Assembly (NCBI GenBank): GCA_963693365.1
Contig: CAVNZM010000013.1
Coordinates: 7,872,440 to 7,936,439, forward strand
Length of the DNA: 64,000 bases
Direction: 5' to 3'
From: Amoebidium appalachense
Taxonomy: Eukaryota; Protista; Ichthyosporea
A program made the translations under genes and the position numbers. The notes beneath the pieces are model-generated. The model did not search any database. It was not told the DNA's origin and saw nothing but the letters and a program-made list of their open reading frames with translations. How positions within the stretch are numbered: position 1 is the stretch's first letter; the number at the start of each line of letters is the position of its first letter. Shown here in pieces: positions 19,214 to 38,383 of the stretch.

Positions 19214-20060
19214 TGTCAAATGGCCTCTACTGGGTTTGTGGAGGGGTTTGATGGATTGTTATACACGTGCAGTGGATGATGCTCGAAGGTTGGTTCTAAA
19301 GTTGCACCCCTAATCATGTCAGCGTCCACGTGTACCCATCCCTGTCTGTGTATGCAAGGTACTCATTGATGATTTTTAGTTTTCTGGAAGATGAATCAGT
19401 CTCAGTCGTATGCTGGTGTACATATGATTTGTGCTGCGATCGTGGGCTTAGATTAATATATTCCCACCATTAACAAGTTCACATATGTTGAATGGCCCCT
19501 GACCAGAAACATACAGTATGCTCAGATTAGATTTTGTGCCACTATGAACGAATGACCGTACACCGTTTGTAACGGGTGTATGAAAGTATGAGTGCTTTTT
19601 ATCTTAGCCTATAGTTGATGGGCTGCTACGGCATTTATGCAAGTTATGAGTTAATATGTTACATTATATAGATATTTTTAACGTCTGTGCCATGGCCCTG
19701 TGCAATAAATTCATGACAAAATGTCATGCCCGAACGTGCTCCAGGCGTATACTGGATCCGGAGACAAATATGGAAGTTATCAAGCTAGATTCCTTGTTGG
19801 TGTGTGCACTCACGGTGACCATATGCATGCATGTGCCTATGCGTGCATGTAATAAAGTTTGGCTAGCCGTGCACAATACCAATTTAGTTGCCCCAAAGCA
19901 GGCATGGGAAACGGGACAGCTAGTCACACCATCAAATGGTGCACCTATAAGCTGCAGGCGTTTAATGGGGATATCGATATCAACTTGATCTGCAGGCCCT
20001 GGGGGCGGGGGAAGGACGAGAAGGGGAAGCAGGTAGATGTTAGTCGAGACGCGGAGCCGG

Positions 20061-20095
<35 letters not shown>

Positions 20096-20200
20096 GTTGA
20101 CTGTAGACAAGAATAGAATGCTCTCCAATGTAATTCTACGGCCACGAATGGTGGTGGTGGTGGTGGTAGTGGTGGTGTCTTTGTGTGTGGGGGGAGGGGG

Positions 20201-20238
<38 letters not shown>

Positions 20239-20326
20239 TGGGGGAGGAGGGGGGTAAAGGATACGTATATGGGGAAGTATATCAGAATATTGTTCATGCA
20301 TGCAGCCGGTCGGAAAGCTCGATGAT

Positions 20327-20372
<46 letters not shown>

Positions 20373-20519
20373 GGAGGTCGTACGTGTGACCTTCTGAGTA
20401 TGGTATATATCACCACCGTCACGGAAACCCTCCCCCCCCCCCCCCCCCTCCCCTCTCCCCCTGCCCCCACCCCTCCCCTCGTCTTTGGCCCCACCACGTG
20501 CACCATCACACACACACGC

Positions 20520-20607
<88 letters not shown>

Positions 20608-20918
20608 GACGCTGTCATACACAACACGTGTCACCACCACCGGTACCACAATGGTTACCACTGTCCCCTTCAGAAAAGCGCCTTTTGGCCTATGCCACAG
20701 TATTAGTTAATGTATTACGATGTCATAATTAATGCAAAGCCTAAAATTTGCGACGTTGTTGTTATAGCCGAGAACAAATGAAGCGTCCCGAGGGGGGGGG
20801 GGGGGGGGGGGGGACAAGCATATATCTTAAAGCGGTTTTTCCTTTTTCTCTTCTAATCTGTCCTTTTTTCCCGGGGTTGGGGGTTGGGGTTTGGGGGGGA
20901 AGTTGGGAGGCCCGGGAG

Positions 20919-20968
<50 letters not shown>

Positions 20969-21338
20969 CTGTTGCATGCATAAATGCAACTATAAGGAGT
21001 CCATGTGCCCACTTCCATGTTTCCCCCTCCCCCCACCTCTTTTTAAGTTTCAAGGGGTCTGGTGTACATGTGTGTGTTAACGTTGTGTGTGTGGTTGTGT
21101 GTGTGGGGGGGGGGGGGGGGGGGGAGGGGAGGGGGGGGGAGAGGGGGGTTAGGCAAGCAAGCAGGAGGGGAAGAAGAGAAATGATCATTAAAAAAAAACC
21201 GGCTTAGTGAAGAGAGTTTGGTTGTCAACAGCAGCGCCGAGGAGGACAACGGGGAAGGGTGGGGGCTGTACCGGTCGGGGTGGGAATGGGGAGGGTGTGT
21301 GTGACCGTATGTGTGTGTGCATGTGTGTGTGTTGAGGG

Positions 21339-21382
<44 letters not shown>

Positions 21383-21731
21383 TTGAGTGTGTGAAGAAAT
21401 ACACAGTCGCCAATTCGGAAAATGCCTTTGGCTATATTTGATCTTCATTCGATCCTTGAAAGAGTCCAAAACTCCAATCAAATAATACCATCAAGTTGTG
21501 TGGCACATCATATACATCACTTAAGTCGTGTACTATTCGTCAAGCCGGATTATCATCCTTCGCGCCATTATGCAAAGCACTACTACGGTACTTCTCTTGA
21601 CTAAGCAATCACATTCAAGCAATTATTTACCCTAAAAATAACCCAACACCAAAAATCTGTAGCCAAGGCTCGTATGGAGTAAAACAACTTTCGATGTGAA
21701 TGACATTTCACTAAGGTGCCCTCCCGCAAGC

Positions 21732-21762
<31 letters not shown>

Positions 21763-21949
21763 AAAAAAAAAAAAACTCAAAGAAAAAAAAAAAAAAAACT
21801 CAAAGAAAAATACATAAATAAATAAAAACTTTGGTAACCTTCCCCCCCCCCCCCCAAAAAAAAAAAAAAAAAAAAGGGAGGGAACGACATACACTCTCTC
21901 TCTAAATACATGCCTTCTGCCCACCTCCCACCTAGCCCTTGGAGACCAA

Positions 21950-23242
21950 CTACGTGCTGATAGGGGGCTGCAGGTGTGAGCTTGCACTGCCCAGCACCAG
22001 TCCCTGGGCCGTGTTGTTCATATGGGACACTGACCCCCTCTCACCCACCCTGCCGCCAGCCAGCAGTGACGAGGTAGACCTCTGCTGCTGCTTCATGCCC
22101 TGCCTGGGCACGAGGGAAAAGAACAGCCCCGTGGTGTCCTCCACCAGCAGGTTGAGGGCTGTGGCCGTGAACGTGGACGGCACAGAGGCCGTGCGCCTGT
22201 GCCCCCCGTGCCTGGTCTTGTTGAGCTCATGTTGGCTGGGCATTCGGGGTGCAGAGGGTGTGTCTGCAGGCCCAGGGGAGGTGGCCAGGGGGCTTGTGGC
22301 GCCACTGGGGTTGTTGGACTCACTGGCTATGTCGTCACAGTTGCTTGTGTGCACTGCAGGTGGGGGGGTGCTCGTCTGCCTGTCCATCTGCAGACTGCTG
22401 TTGAGCTGTAGCGCTGTGGGCGTCACACTGCGGTGGGCGGGTGTCATACGAGGCGCGTCCCCCGTGGGGGTGCTTGGCCGTGCAGGCGTGTCCCCGGCCT
22501 GGGCCTGGTACCTGTGCACGTGCACTGATACCTCATCTCCACTCTCTGACACAGCCACCAGAACCAACTCCATACCATACATGCTGGCCACGGCACCCAG
22601 CACAATAGCCCGTGCAGCATCCCCTGCTGAGTTGATGTTTGCGCCATAGCGCAGCTGGTCCACGTAGTTGCTGTAGGAGAAAGTGACGGGGAAAGCAGGG
22701 CCGTACGTGTCTGTGTTCTTTGCCAGATAGTCGGCCACCTTGTAGCGCAGCGACTGGTGCAGGGTCTCGCTGCCATATAGCTGATGTGCCAGCGCACGGA
22801 AGAACGAGTTGTCGTCGGCCTTGACCCCCACTACCGCGAGGTTGAGCCCAGCTGCTGCAGCCTGCGCCCGGGCAGAGACTGCAGCCTGGGCAGCCTTTGA
22901 AAGGGAGGTGGTGGAGCCCCGCCGTGAGCCTGAGGCAAGAGAGGTCGAGCTGTCACTGCCCGTGCGCTTGTGCCCTTGTTGCCCTTCGGCTATGCTGCGC
23001 CGTGCGGAGGATTCCCCAACACTGCGCCTGGCCGAGGTTTGGGTGGGGTGGGGTGGGCTGAGTGCTGTGTTTGTGCTTGAAGACAAGATCTCTCTAACCT
23101 CGTTGTCTGCAGTAGTGGTTTCGGGGTGTGGTATTTGCGTGTTGCTGCTCGGTGGTGAATTTGTGTCTGTGGTTGTGGCTGTGTCTGCTTCGGATTTCTC
23201 GGACTCCTTAGTGCCCCGGAACAGTTTCTTAAAGAACCCCAT
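21950..23242 (-). CDS. OTU-domain protein, probable pseudo-deubiquitinase (large first exon; 3' exons unresolved)
   Basis: MGFFKKLF start. VKADDNSFFRALAHQLYGSETLHQSLRYKVADYL matches the OTU Cys loop (DGNCLFRA) but has Ser in place of Cys. Possible further exons near 21200-21270 and 19950-20000. Confidence 0.75.
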   Translation of the reverse strand: MGFFKKLFRGTKESEKSEADTATTTDTNSPPSSNTQIPHPETTTADNEVREILSSSTNTALSPPHPTQTSARRSVGESSARRSIAEGQQGHKRTGSDSSTSLASGSRRGSTTSLSKAAQAAVSARAQAAAAGLNLAVVGVKADDNSFFRALAHQLYGSETLHQSLRYKVADYLAKNTDTYGPAFPVTFSYSNYVDQLRYGANINSAGDAARAIVLGAVASMYGMELVLVAVSESGDEVSVHVHRYQAQAGDTPARPSTPTGDAPRMTPAHRSVTPTALQLNSSLQMDRQTSTPPPAVHTSNCDDIASESNNPSGATSPLATSPGPADTPSAPRMPSQHELNKTRHGGHRRTASVPSTFTATALNLLVEDTTGLFFSLVPRQGMKQQQRSTSSLLAGGRVGERGSVSHMNNTAQGLVLGSASSHLQPPIST

Positions 23243-23929
23243 GGTGTATGTATGTTCGAATCCAGCTGGTATGGGAGAGTTTCGCTTTCTGGGTTCGTGC
23301 TGCTTGGACGTGGGATCTAGCGAACTGTATATACCAGTATCAAGAGTCACATAAGAAAACGCACTGCTACAACAGAGGTTGGAATTGGTCGCCGCAAACC
23401 GTGTATGATCATGAGAGCACTATTGGTACTCGTTCAAACTCTATGCCAGATCCAGTGTAGGTCAAGTTGGATCCCTTCTTACAAAAACGAAACTTCTTCG
23501 TAATAAGTAAGATCCTATCAAGCAAGAGGTGTATAATACGCTAGCAACGAAAATGGCTGCCTGAACTGGCTTCTAGGTGGCCGTTATAAAGCGCCCCAAG
23601 TTACTACTTTCCCTCCAAAAAACGGGGAGGGCATTTGATAAACGACACCTTCATTCACGTTACTCATTAGCAAACGGTTATCTCAAGCGAATGACTCCCA
23701 CGGCTCACTTTTATGTAGGGTGCATGTGAGAGGGGGTGCAAATAGGGTAAATGGGGCTTCAGCAGTCTCCATGGCTTTTGCATACAATATTTAATGATCA
23801 TATTGATAAGGTATACTATTAGTAGGATAAGATATAATATTAGTAGGTAATAATGCTCTTTATGCTCCATAATAAAGACTTTTGGGGGCTTTACATATTT
23901 GGAATTGTGAATCCGTGGGAGCGGACCGA

Positions 23930-24250
23930 GCGGTCTAGTCTAGTCAGCCCGGACTAGCCCGAAAAGCATTCGGGTTGGGGCTGACTAGCCCAGCTCGAAA
24001 ACCAAACGGGTTGGGCTAGGGGTTTTCGGGCTGGGACCCCTGTGTAACCCCCCTCACCCACTATATAGCAACCCCCCAGGAGACCAAAACCCCTCCTAAA
24101 ACCCCTCTCCTTATATGTTGTTTGCGCAAACAGACCTGCCATATATGGTAGGTCAGCTGGCCCAACCCAACCATATCCAGCCCGAAACTTTTGCGGGTTG
24201 GGCTGACCCATCCCAGACCGGCCCAAAACCAGCCGCACCATCTCTGGGCT
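23930..24250. mobile_element. Possible DNA-transposon (hAT/MITE-like) terminal remnants
   Basis: Dense short GGGCT/AGCCC/CCCAACCC motifs in both orientations. The minus strand from 24042 reads CAGGGGTCCCAGCCCG. No partner TIR, TSD or transposase found. Confidence 0.3.
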
Positions 24251-26116
24251 CAGGCTGATCAGCCCCACTCCAGGCGCCTGATTGGCACTGAACCGTGTGC
24301 GAATCATTATGAATCCTCCTAGACTCAGACTCCAATGTGAGATACCCCCGCAATGCGCATGCCATTTTCTTTTGACTCGGTTTTATTGATCCGTTGACGA
24401 AGGCAACGTGCAGCCACAGGCTACATAACCACCAATAACTGAAAAAGACAAAGCTACGAAATAAAAATAAAGCGACAAGTGACAAAGGACACCAGGCTGC
24501 GGGCAAAACCTTAAGTGTACGTGTATGCGTGAAACTAGTTTGCTCCAACTAGTCATATGCATCGATGTTGACCAGACCACACTCCGCAAGAAGCATCATT
24601 ACTGGCATGCATCCCAACAGGCCCCCCTCAAAACCTACCGAGGCATGCGCACAGCAAGCAAGTCAGCCTCTAAAAGAGCAATGCAGACCAAATCTGAGCT
24701 AAAAAACAATCCCAAAGGGCCTGGCCCCTAGATAACCCGGAGAAACTGCATCTAGCTCTCTGATAAGGTGGCCTAGTTGTGGCAGGACACACAGAAAAAC
24801 ACAATTACAGAATGCATGCAAGCAAACCCGGTCATTGCCATACGACTGGAGGCTAAGGACTGGCAGTCACTTGGAAAGCTCCCCGACGACCAAGTAGCCG
24901 CCCCTCCACTCACGCAGCGCAGAAGTAGCTGAAGTTGCAGCAGCCCACCGCCAATAGATCGCATAGAAGCGTAGACAGCGTGTAGAAGTTATTATAGGTT
25001 GCAGTGGACCACCAGGCGTTGAAGAAACCACTTTTCAAGCGAGAAACTCCGCGAAAGGGAGATGCCCCCACACTCTCACAGCAATAGGAATACACCAGGC
25101 AACACCACACACAAGCTGCAGTCACGTTCCCCTGAGTGGGACTCCCTCCCACCACAAAAAGAAGAAACGAAAGCCTTTATATACCTGCCATGGTGAAGAA
25201 CTGGGAAAAAAAATTGATGTGACAGCTAATAGATCGAAGTGAAAGTGAAGTCCTTGAAGCGTCCTTAGCAAGTTCAACGCATCGCAAATAATTTTGGAAA
25301 AAATGAACGTATATATATTTTCTATATAAATATTATGTAAATAAGAGAAAGCCAAAGAAAAAAAACTTAAGCAAGACTTATCAGGTTGGTACTTGAAATC
25401 TTGGCCATTCCTAGTAGATGCAAAGAAATATTCTCACGGCAAGCCCCCCTTTGTAATCAGTCTGCGGCGCCCTGCGCAGACTGCGCTTAGCTAATCATAA
25501 ACCAATCAGAGGGGAGTCGATTTCCAGCCAATAACAAGTTGAATATATCATGCACTTAAACCTTATTTGGATAGCGCAGATTCGGTTGTACAACCGTTTG
25601 CTTCATTCTGATTGGTTGTCACACCACGGGGTTTCCCGATTGTTCTTCGAATGACATTTGCTATCACTATCAGACAGTTCTCCAATATCAGAACAGAAAA
25701 CGGTCTCTACCCAGATGGCCAGATGGCCAGGTCAAATTCAGTGTGTGGAAAAAGGTGGATAAAACGGGATAAAACGGTGAGCAAAATGATCTGGCCATCT
25801 GGCCATGTGGCCATGGAATCTCTATATCTAAAAATAGCTGCCACTGCGCCGGGGCCTGGTTCCGGGAGGCAGGGGAGCAGGGGAGGCACACTGGCCCTGC
25901 GCCGGGGAGCAGGGGAGGCAGGGGAGGCACGTGAGCACTCACTGGGGCCTGGTTCCGGGAGGCAGGGGAGCAGGGGGGCACCCAGTGTGTGGTGGCAGGG
26001 GAGCAGGGGGGCAGGGGGGACTGGGGGGCAGGGGGGACTGGGGGGCTGGGGGGACTGGCATGCCACTCACGGGGAGGATAGTGTATGTGGCACGTGTGGG
26101 TGTGTGGGTGGTTTTT

Positions 26117-26599
26117 TTATTTGGGCTTGTGCTTATGGCAATGGGTCGTAGATTTCACCCTGTTTTTGCAGGGATTGCCAGCCTTGGTTTTGCCCTGGCA
26201 GTACCCATTTTCCCTGCCCACACCCACCGCTGCAGCTGCAACCGGTGGCTGTGGTGCACTCATGGGTGGATCCGGAGTGGACACAGTCAGCGCGGGTACC
26301 CCGGTGCGCTCGGTGCGAGGGCGCTGCATTTCTGCGACTGTAAAGGCGGCCAGGAGGTCGTCCAGCAGGAGGTTTGCATGAGCATAGTCCCCGGCCTTGT
26401 GGGGGTGGAGGATGTTGATGGTGTTGTCGCTGTAGAGGAGGACACCGGTGGCAGGGGCAAAGCATACCCAGGGCTTGAAGCCGTCCTTGTGGTGTGGGCA
26501 TGTTTTCTTTTTGTTTTTGCACTGGGCTTTTTTTGAGGGTGCAAATGCAGGGCATCGTTCGGGGTCAACCGAATCGGGGCGCAAAAGTGCGTCTCCCAT
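26117..26599 (-). CDS. Small protein with two C-x8/10-C-x-C-x2-H zinc-binding motifs (DUF5763-like)
   Basis: RCPAFAPSKKAQCKNKKKTCPHH and YCQGKTKAGNPCKNRVKSTTHCHKH; intronless. This motif type is common in large DNA viruses. Confidence 0.65.
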   Translation of the reverse strand: MGDALLRPDSVDPERCPAFAPSKKAQCKNKKKTCPHHKDGFKPWVCFAPATGVLLYSDNTINILHPHKAGDYAHANLLLDDLLAAFTVAEMQRPRTERTGVPALTVSTPDPPMSAPQPPVAAAAVGVGRENGYCQGKTKAGNPCKNRVKSTTHCHKHKPK

Positions 26600-26738
26600 T
26601 TCTAGTGTTTTGTTTTGGTGTGCACTGTTCTTGGATTGGGGTGAAGTGAGACAAAAAGTAAAAGCGAGTACTTTTTGTTGACTGGTTGATGGCATATCAA
26701 TCAATCTCTTGGTGCCAAACCACTGACCAATCACATGG

Positions 26739-27176
26739 GTGTATTCACGAATTCCAATCCAAATTCGGCATCTGGAGAGAGGGGTACTGGTAAAACACAA
26801 GAGCAACACGACATCAAGAGTTTGTACCACAGGCAAGATCTCAGAGAGGTCACTTTTGGGGTGTAACACGTCGGATACTGAAAGTTTTGTGAGGTACACG
26901 TACATGTTCGACAGCACGGTCACCACAGGCATTCTTTATGTGATATCTATATGCAGTGTCGTTGCAAATATACACTGGTACAATTTAATGAAGTCCGAAC
27001 CGAATGCTAGAGAGAAAGTGAACAAAATGTATCTGGTGTACGTCAGCGCTGCTATTGTCCTCACATGTTTATTGGTTACACCATTGATGTATGCAGTCAT
27101 ATACTATTTCAATAAGAAGACGGGTGCTGCGGAGTACGACACCGCTCTGAGACAAACAAGTCACTCGGACTTTTAA
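26739..27176 (+). CDS. Hypothetical small membrane protein (start uncertain)
   Basis: Two hydrophobic stretches, GILYVISICSVVANI and MYLVYVSAAIVLTCLLVTPLMYAVIYYF. Confidence 0.35.
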   Translation: MYSRIPIQIRHLERGVLVKHKSNTTSRVCTTGKISERSLLGCNTSDTESFVRYTYMFDSTVTTGILYVISICSVVANIHWYNLMKSEPNAREKVNKMYLVYVSAAIVLTCLLVTPLMYAVIYYFNKKTGAAEYDTALRQTSHSDF

Positions 27177-27194
27177 TCCGATTGACGTGTCACC

Positions 27195-27410
27195 GCGCCA
27201 GCGCTGCATACAAAAAGACCCGAAGTGGAGTATACGACAAACCCAGCGCCAGCGCTGCATACAAAAAGACCCGAAGTGGAGTATACGACAAACCCAGCGC
27301 CAGCGCTGCATACAAAAAGACCCGAAGTGGAGTATACGACAAACCCAGCGCCAGCGCTGCATACAAAAAGACCCGAAGTGGAGTATACGACAAACCCAGC
27401 GCCAGCGCTT
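27195..27410. repeat. Tandem repeat, 51-bp unit, about 4 copies
   Basis: GCGCCAGCGCTGCATACAAAAAGACCCGAAGTGGAGTATACGACAAACCCA repeated exactly. Confidence 0.95.
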
Positions 27411-27493
27411 CATACCCAAAGTGGATACAATAAAAAGACAGTTGCTGTGTGTGCAAAGCTGTGTGTGCAAAAAGAGGGGAAATAAATACTTTA

Positions 27494-27929
27494 AACGTGC
27501 ATGCAATATACATCGATAGACTTATGAAAGCACACAAACTGTGTGCCACACGGGCATGCATGCATGGGGAGGGAGTGTGGGGTGGGGGGGGGGGGGGGGG
27601 GGAGGGGGGGGGGGGGGGGGGGGGGAGACTTTGAACGTGCATGCAATAGACTTATGAAAGCACACAAACTGTGTGCCACACGGGCATGCATGCATGGGGA
27701 GGGAGTGTGGGGTGGGGGGGGGGGGGGGGGGGGGGGGGGGGGAGACTTTGAACGTGCATGCAATAGACTTATGAAAGCACACAAACTGTGTGCCACACGG
27801 GCATGCATGCATCGATAGACTTATGAAAGCACACAAACTGTGTGCCACACGGGCATGCATGCATCGATAGACTTATGAAAGCACACAAACTGTGTGCCAC
27901 ACGGGCATGCATGCATGGGGAGGGAGTGT

Positions 27930-27962
<33 letters not shown>

Positions 27963-28044
27963 GACTTTGAACGTGCATGCAATAGACTTATGAAAGCACA
28001 CAAACTGTGTGCCACACGGGCATGCATGCATGGGGAGGGAGTGT

Positions 28045-28091
<47 letters not shown>

Positions 28092-28398
28092 GACTTTGAA
28101 TGTGCATGCAATAGACTTATGAAAGCACACAAACTGTGTGCCACACGGGCATGCATGCACGGGGAGGGAGTGTGGGGAGGGGGGGGGGGGGAGACTTTGA
28201 ACGTGCATGCAATAGACTTATGAAAGCACACAAACTGTGTGCCACACGGGCATGCATGCATGGGGAGGGAGTGTGGGGTGGGGGGGGGGGGGGGGGGGGG
28301 GAGACTTTGAACGTGCATGCAATAGACTTATGAAAGCACACAAACTGTGTGCCACACGGGCATGCATGCATGGGGAGGGGAGTGTGGGGTGGGGGGGG

Positions 28399-28430
<32 letters not shown>

Positions 28431-28614
28431 AGACTTTGAATGTGCATGCAATAGACTTATGAAAGCACACAAACTGTGTGCCACACGGGCATGCATGCAC
28501 GGGGAGGGAGTGTGGGGAGGGGGGGGGGGAGACTTTGAACGTGCATGCAATAGACTTATGAAAGCACACAAACTGTGTGCCACACGGGCATGCATGCACG
28601 GGGAGGGAGTGTGG

Positions 28615-28652
<38 letters not shown>

Positions 28653-28671
28653 GACTTTGAACGTGCATGCA
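27494..28671. repeat. Satellite: conserved ~85-bp unit separated by variable poly-G
   Basis: GAGACTTTGAACGTGCATGCAATAGACTTATGAAAGCACACAAACTGTGTGCCACACGGGCATGCATGC(A)TGGGGAGGGAGTGT-Gn, about 10 copies. Confidence 0.95.
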
Positions 28672-29016
28672 AGTGTGTACCAAAAGGGACCTGGACTTCT
28701 TTGTATACAATCGATATTTAATCGGTTGAAAACAGCAAAACAAGACTTGTACATATATAATAACCACAAGATACTAAACCATCCAGAAGACTTGTACATA
28801 TATAATAACCACAAGATACTAAACCATCCAGAACCAGAAAAAAAAAGATGCCTACATGCTATGATCCATAAGATGCTCGTTAACATAAATACAGAAACCG
28901 TAAGGTGCTACCAGTATCAACAGTCATATATTAAAATACATCAGCCAGCCCCTGTGGCCATACCCAGCCCCTGACACATACAACAAAATCAAAACACACC
29001 CCTCACCACTCCCAAC

Positions 29017-30239
29017 CTAATCTTCATCGTTTTCATCACTGTCCCCGTGAATAACCTGTATATCTGAAACTTGCTTTGCTCGTGTCCTGCCACTGCGGGC
29101 AGGGGCTGGTTTCTGACTCTGTTTTGGTTTCTTTGCTCGACCACTTTCTTTCCCTTTCTTCCCCTCGACCTTCTCGCCCAAAGCCATCATGTCCTCCAAT
29201 TCCTCATCTATTGCCGTCTCAAATGACGTCTCTTCCTGGCGGTGCCGTTTGTACACACCAAAAGAATTATCTGACACCCCTCTCTTTGAACCCTGGGAAT
29301 ATGCAGAGGGGTTCGACATCATGGAGGCCCCAAAAGTGTGGGATTGGGTGCTGGTAACGGTGGTGAGGGACGGACTGAAGGGGGGTACGGGCATGGAAAA
29401 ACCGGGTGGGGGGAGGGGGAGAATGGGCAGGGGGAGGTTGAGGGGGGTTTTGGGCTGAGTGGTACCGGGCGGGGGGAGGGTGGGGGCGAGACCGTGTTGG
29501 ACGGTAATGTCGGGGAGGGGCTGGGGGTCATTCCAATCACGAAGTTTCTGTGTGCTCTCGTCGATTGTTCTACGGTATGATTCCCTCATGGTCGCAATGT
29601 GTGACTGAAGCTTGGTAATCTCGGCCCGGTATCTTTCCCCTTCAGCCTGATGCTCCAGGATATCGGCCACCTTTCCAACAAGCTGCCCTTCGAGGTCCCG
29701 ATTCTTTGCCGATAACACCTGTTCCTTTGCATCTGCAAGGTGTTTTTGTTTGGCCGCCGCCGATTTTAGCTCGGCAATTTCCCCCTTAAGGATTTGGATG
29801 TCGTGATCCTTCGTTTGTAATTCTTTCTCTGCGGCTTCCAGCTTCTCCTGCAATTCGGTGGTTGGGGTGGTGACAGCGGGTGCAGTGGCCGCAGTACCGA
29901 CCTTTGCCAATGCAGAGGCAATGGCACTGTCTGCTTTCGACTGCAACACAGTCTCCAAGTACTCTTCGATCATTTTTGGATCGACGGGAGCAGTGTCGCC
30001 GGAGTGTGGGGGGGGGGTTGGATGGGGGGGGGGACTTCCCCGCCGAAGTGTGGGGGGGTTGGATGGGGGGGGGGACTTCCCCGCCGAAGTGTGGGGGGGT
30101 TGGATGGGGAGAGGACTTCGCCGCCGGAGTGTGGGGGGGAGTTGGATGCGGGGGGGGCTTGCGTTGTGACGGGGTCGGCGGACTTGCTGATGTTGGTTTC
30201 ATATGACCCCGACCCGGGAGCTTGCTGGGAATAATCCAT
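29017..30239 (-). CDS. Hypothetical coiled-coil protein with Pro-rich N-terminal repeats and basic/acidic tail
   Basis: 318-aa ORF (ELQEKLEAAEKELQTKDHDIQILKGEIAELK...) joined to upstream MDYSQQAP... by a frameshift in the G-run repeats at 30000-30160. Confidence 0.6.
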
Positions 30240-30289
30240 CGTGACAGTTTTCACAAAAAAAAGGATAAACAAAGGGAAAAAAAGAAAGG

Positions 30290-30570
30290 AAGTCTTACGT
30301 TTCTCTGCGCAAACACAGTCGTGTGCAAACCCAGTCGTGAACAAGGGAAAAAGGAAAAAAAAAACAAGGGAAAAAGGAAAAAAAAAAGAAAGTGCTACGA
30401 ATACGATTCTCTGTTGTGAACAAAGGAAAAAGTAAAAAAAAGAGTGTTACGTTTCTCTGCGCAAACACAGTCCTGTGCAAACCCAGTCGTGAACAAGAGA
30501 AAAAGAAAAAAAAAAAGAGTGTTACGTTTCTCTAGGCAAACACCGTCGTGTGCAAACACAGCCATGAACA
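30290..30570. repeat. Three imperfect direct repeats upstream of the coiled-coil gene
   Basis: TTACGTTTCTCTGCGCAAACACAGTCGTGTGCAAACCCAGTCGTGAACAAG recurs, separated by A-rich tracts. Confidence 0.8.
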
Positions 30571-31409
30571 AAAGAATCAGAAAAGTAGAAAATGACAGCG
30601 CTGTGAACTGATATAAAAAAACCGCCATCAATAATTTATGTGAAGCCATTGCGCAAAATACGATCTTATGTTACGAGAATCAAGCATAAGAAAAACAGAA
30701 CCTTTTGGCGCTGTTAGCGAATATATCTCTAATCGTGTTTGGTTCACAGGTAAACTGTATAAAAAAGGTGAATATACGAAATAAAAATATAATATACAGG
30801 ACAAAACGAGCGCTAGTTTAAAACATCGAAGGATATACGCTTTCACAACATCTTATTCGCGGACCTTTTTACGTGCAAGCGTTTTGATTGGTGCATAGGG
30901 GTTGGTTCTTGCCCCACGTGATTCGCGGCGCTGATGCTCAGGGTATTCTGATTGACCGAAATCGAAGCATCGGATTCAAATTGGGCAAATACAAAACGCT
31001 TTCCAACCAAAATCCCAAGCGCATGGTTGTTTATTTATAGAACCTTATATGTCATAAAACATACAACCCTCTTTTAGGATTTCCCTTATTCCTTGCTCAG
31101 TCAAAACGCTCCAGGGTCGGTGCTGCTATCAGTCACTAAGTAATTTCATTGGCCAGTCATCAGGTAAATGCGCCAGCCAACAAAACCAATCGGTGATTGG
31201 TGAATAATGGTTGGGTCAACGTGATCGGGCACTGGTACTCTAGGCAAGCGCTTATCGGCATTGGTACAATCTAGTTGGTCAATACACCGTGACTCAAGGC
31301 TGCAACGCTTTTCGAAGACCAGATTCACAGGACCCTTTCCAAACAAAATTCCAAGCAAATGTCTGTGTCCGCGTAAAGTATAAATAAACATAAATAAATT
31401 ATGCTTTTT

Positions 31410-31630
31410 TGTACATGTTGTACATGTTTCAAACATAACCAAGCGCGCCACACCAATTCGTGTCACTTTCGCCCAGCGCTGCTGTTGTGCATGTTTCAAA
31501 CGTAATCAGGCGCACCACATCAGTTCGTGTCACTTTCGCCCAGCGCTGCTGTTGTGCATGTTTCAAACGTAATCAGGCGCACCACATCAGTTCGTGTCAC
31601 TTTTGCCCAGCGCTGCTGTTGTACATGTTT
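31410..31630. repeat. Tandem repeat, 67-bp unit, about 3 copies
   Basis: TGTGCATGTTTCAAACGTAATCAGGCGCACCACATCAGTTCGTGTCACTTTCGCCCAGCGCTGCTGT. Confidence 0.9.
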
Positions 31631-31916
31631 CCATTGTAATTACAAATAGGCTAGACGAAAACAACAAAGAAACTTGTTATAATAACCTGTGCACACCGCG
31701 CTATCAGTTGTCCCCTTTTTTAGCCAATACAGATACATAGAATGTCCTTCATGTTTCCCTGTGCGAGGCACATTTTAGGCTTATGCACACAATCGTAGAT
31801 TGTTTGGGATACGAAAACAGAGCACACACACAAACGAGTTCTGCTAAACACAAACATTGTTAGACTGGACACAAAAAACATAGCGCGCGCATGCACGAGC
31901 TTTCCTAGGAACGATT

Positions 31917-32074
<158 letters not shown>

Positions 32075-32191
32075 AAGCACGAGCGCTACAACACGGTGGC
32101 ACAAGCACACAGACAGAGCGCTCTCACAGACAGTCTTACAGGCAGAGGGTGCTCACAATTACACACATCACAAAAACACACACACAGCAAC

Positions 32192-38380
<6,189 letters not shown>

Positions 38381-38383
<3 letters not shown>

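Noticed and set aside
24500-25200. Degenerate retroelement coding remnant
   Set aside because: Stop-riddled frames with no recognisable RT, endonuclease or integrase motif.
27494-28671. CRISPR-like alternation of constant and variable segments (also 43020-45255)
   Set aside because: The variable parts are only poly-G of differing length, the units are too long, and there are no cas genes.
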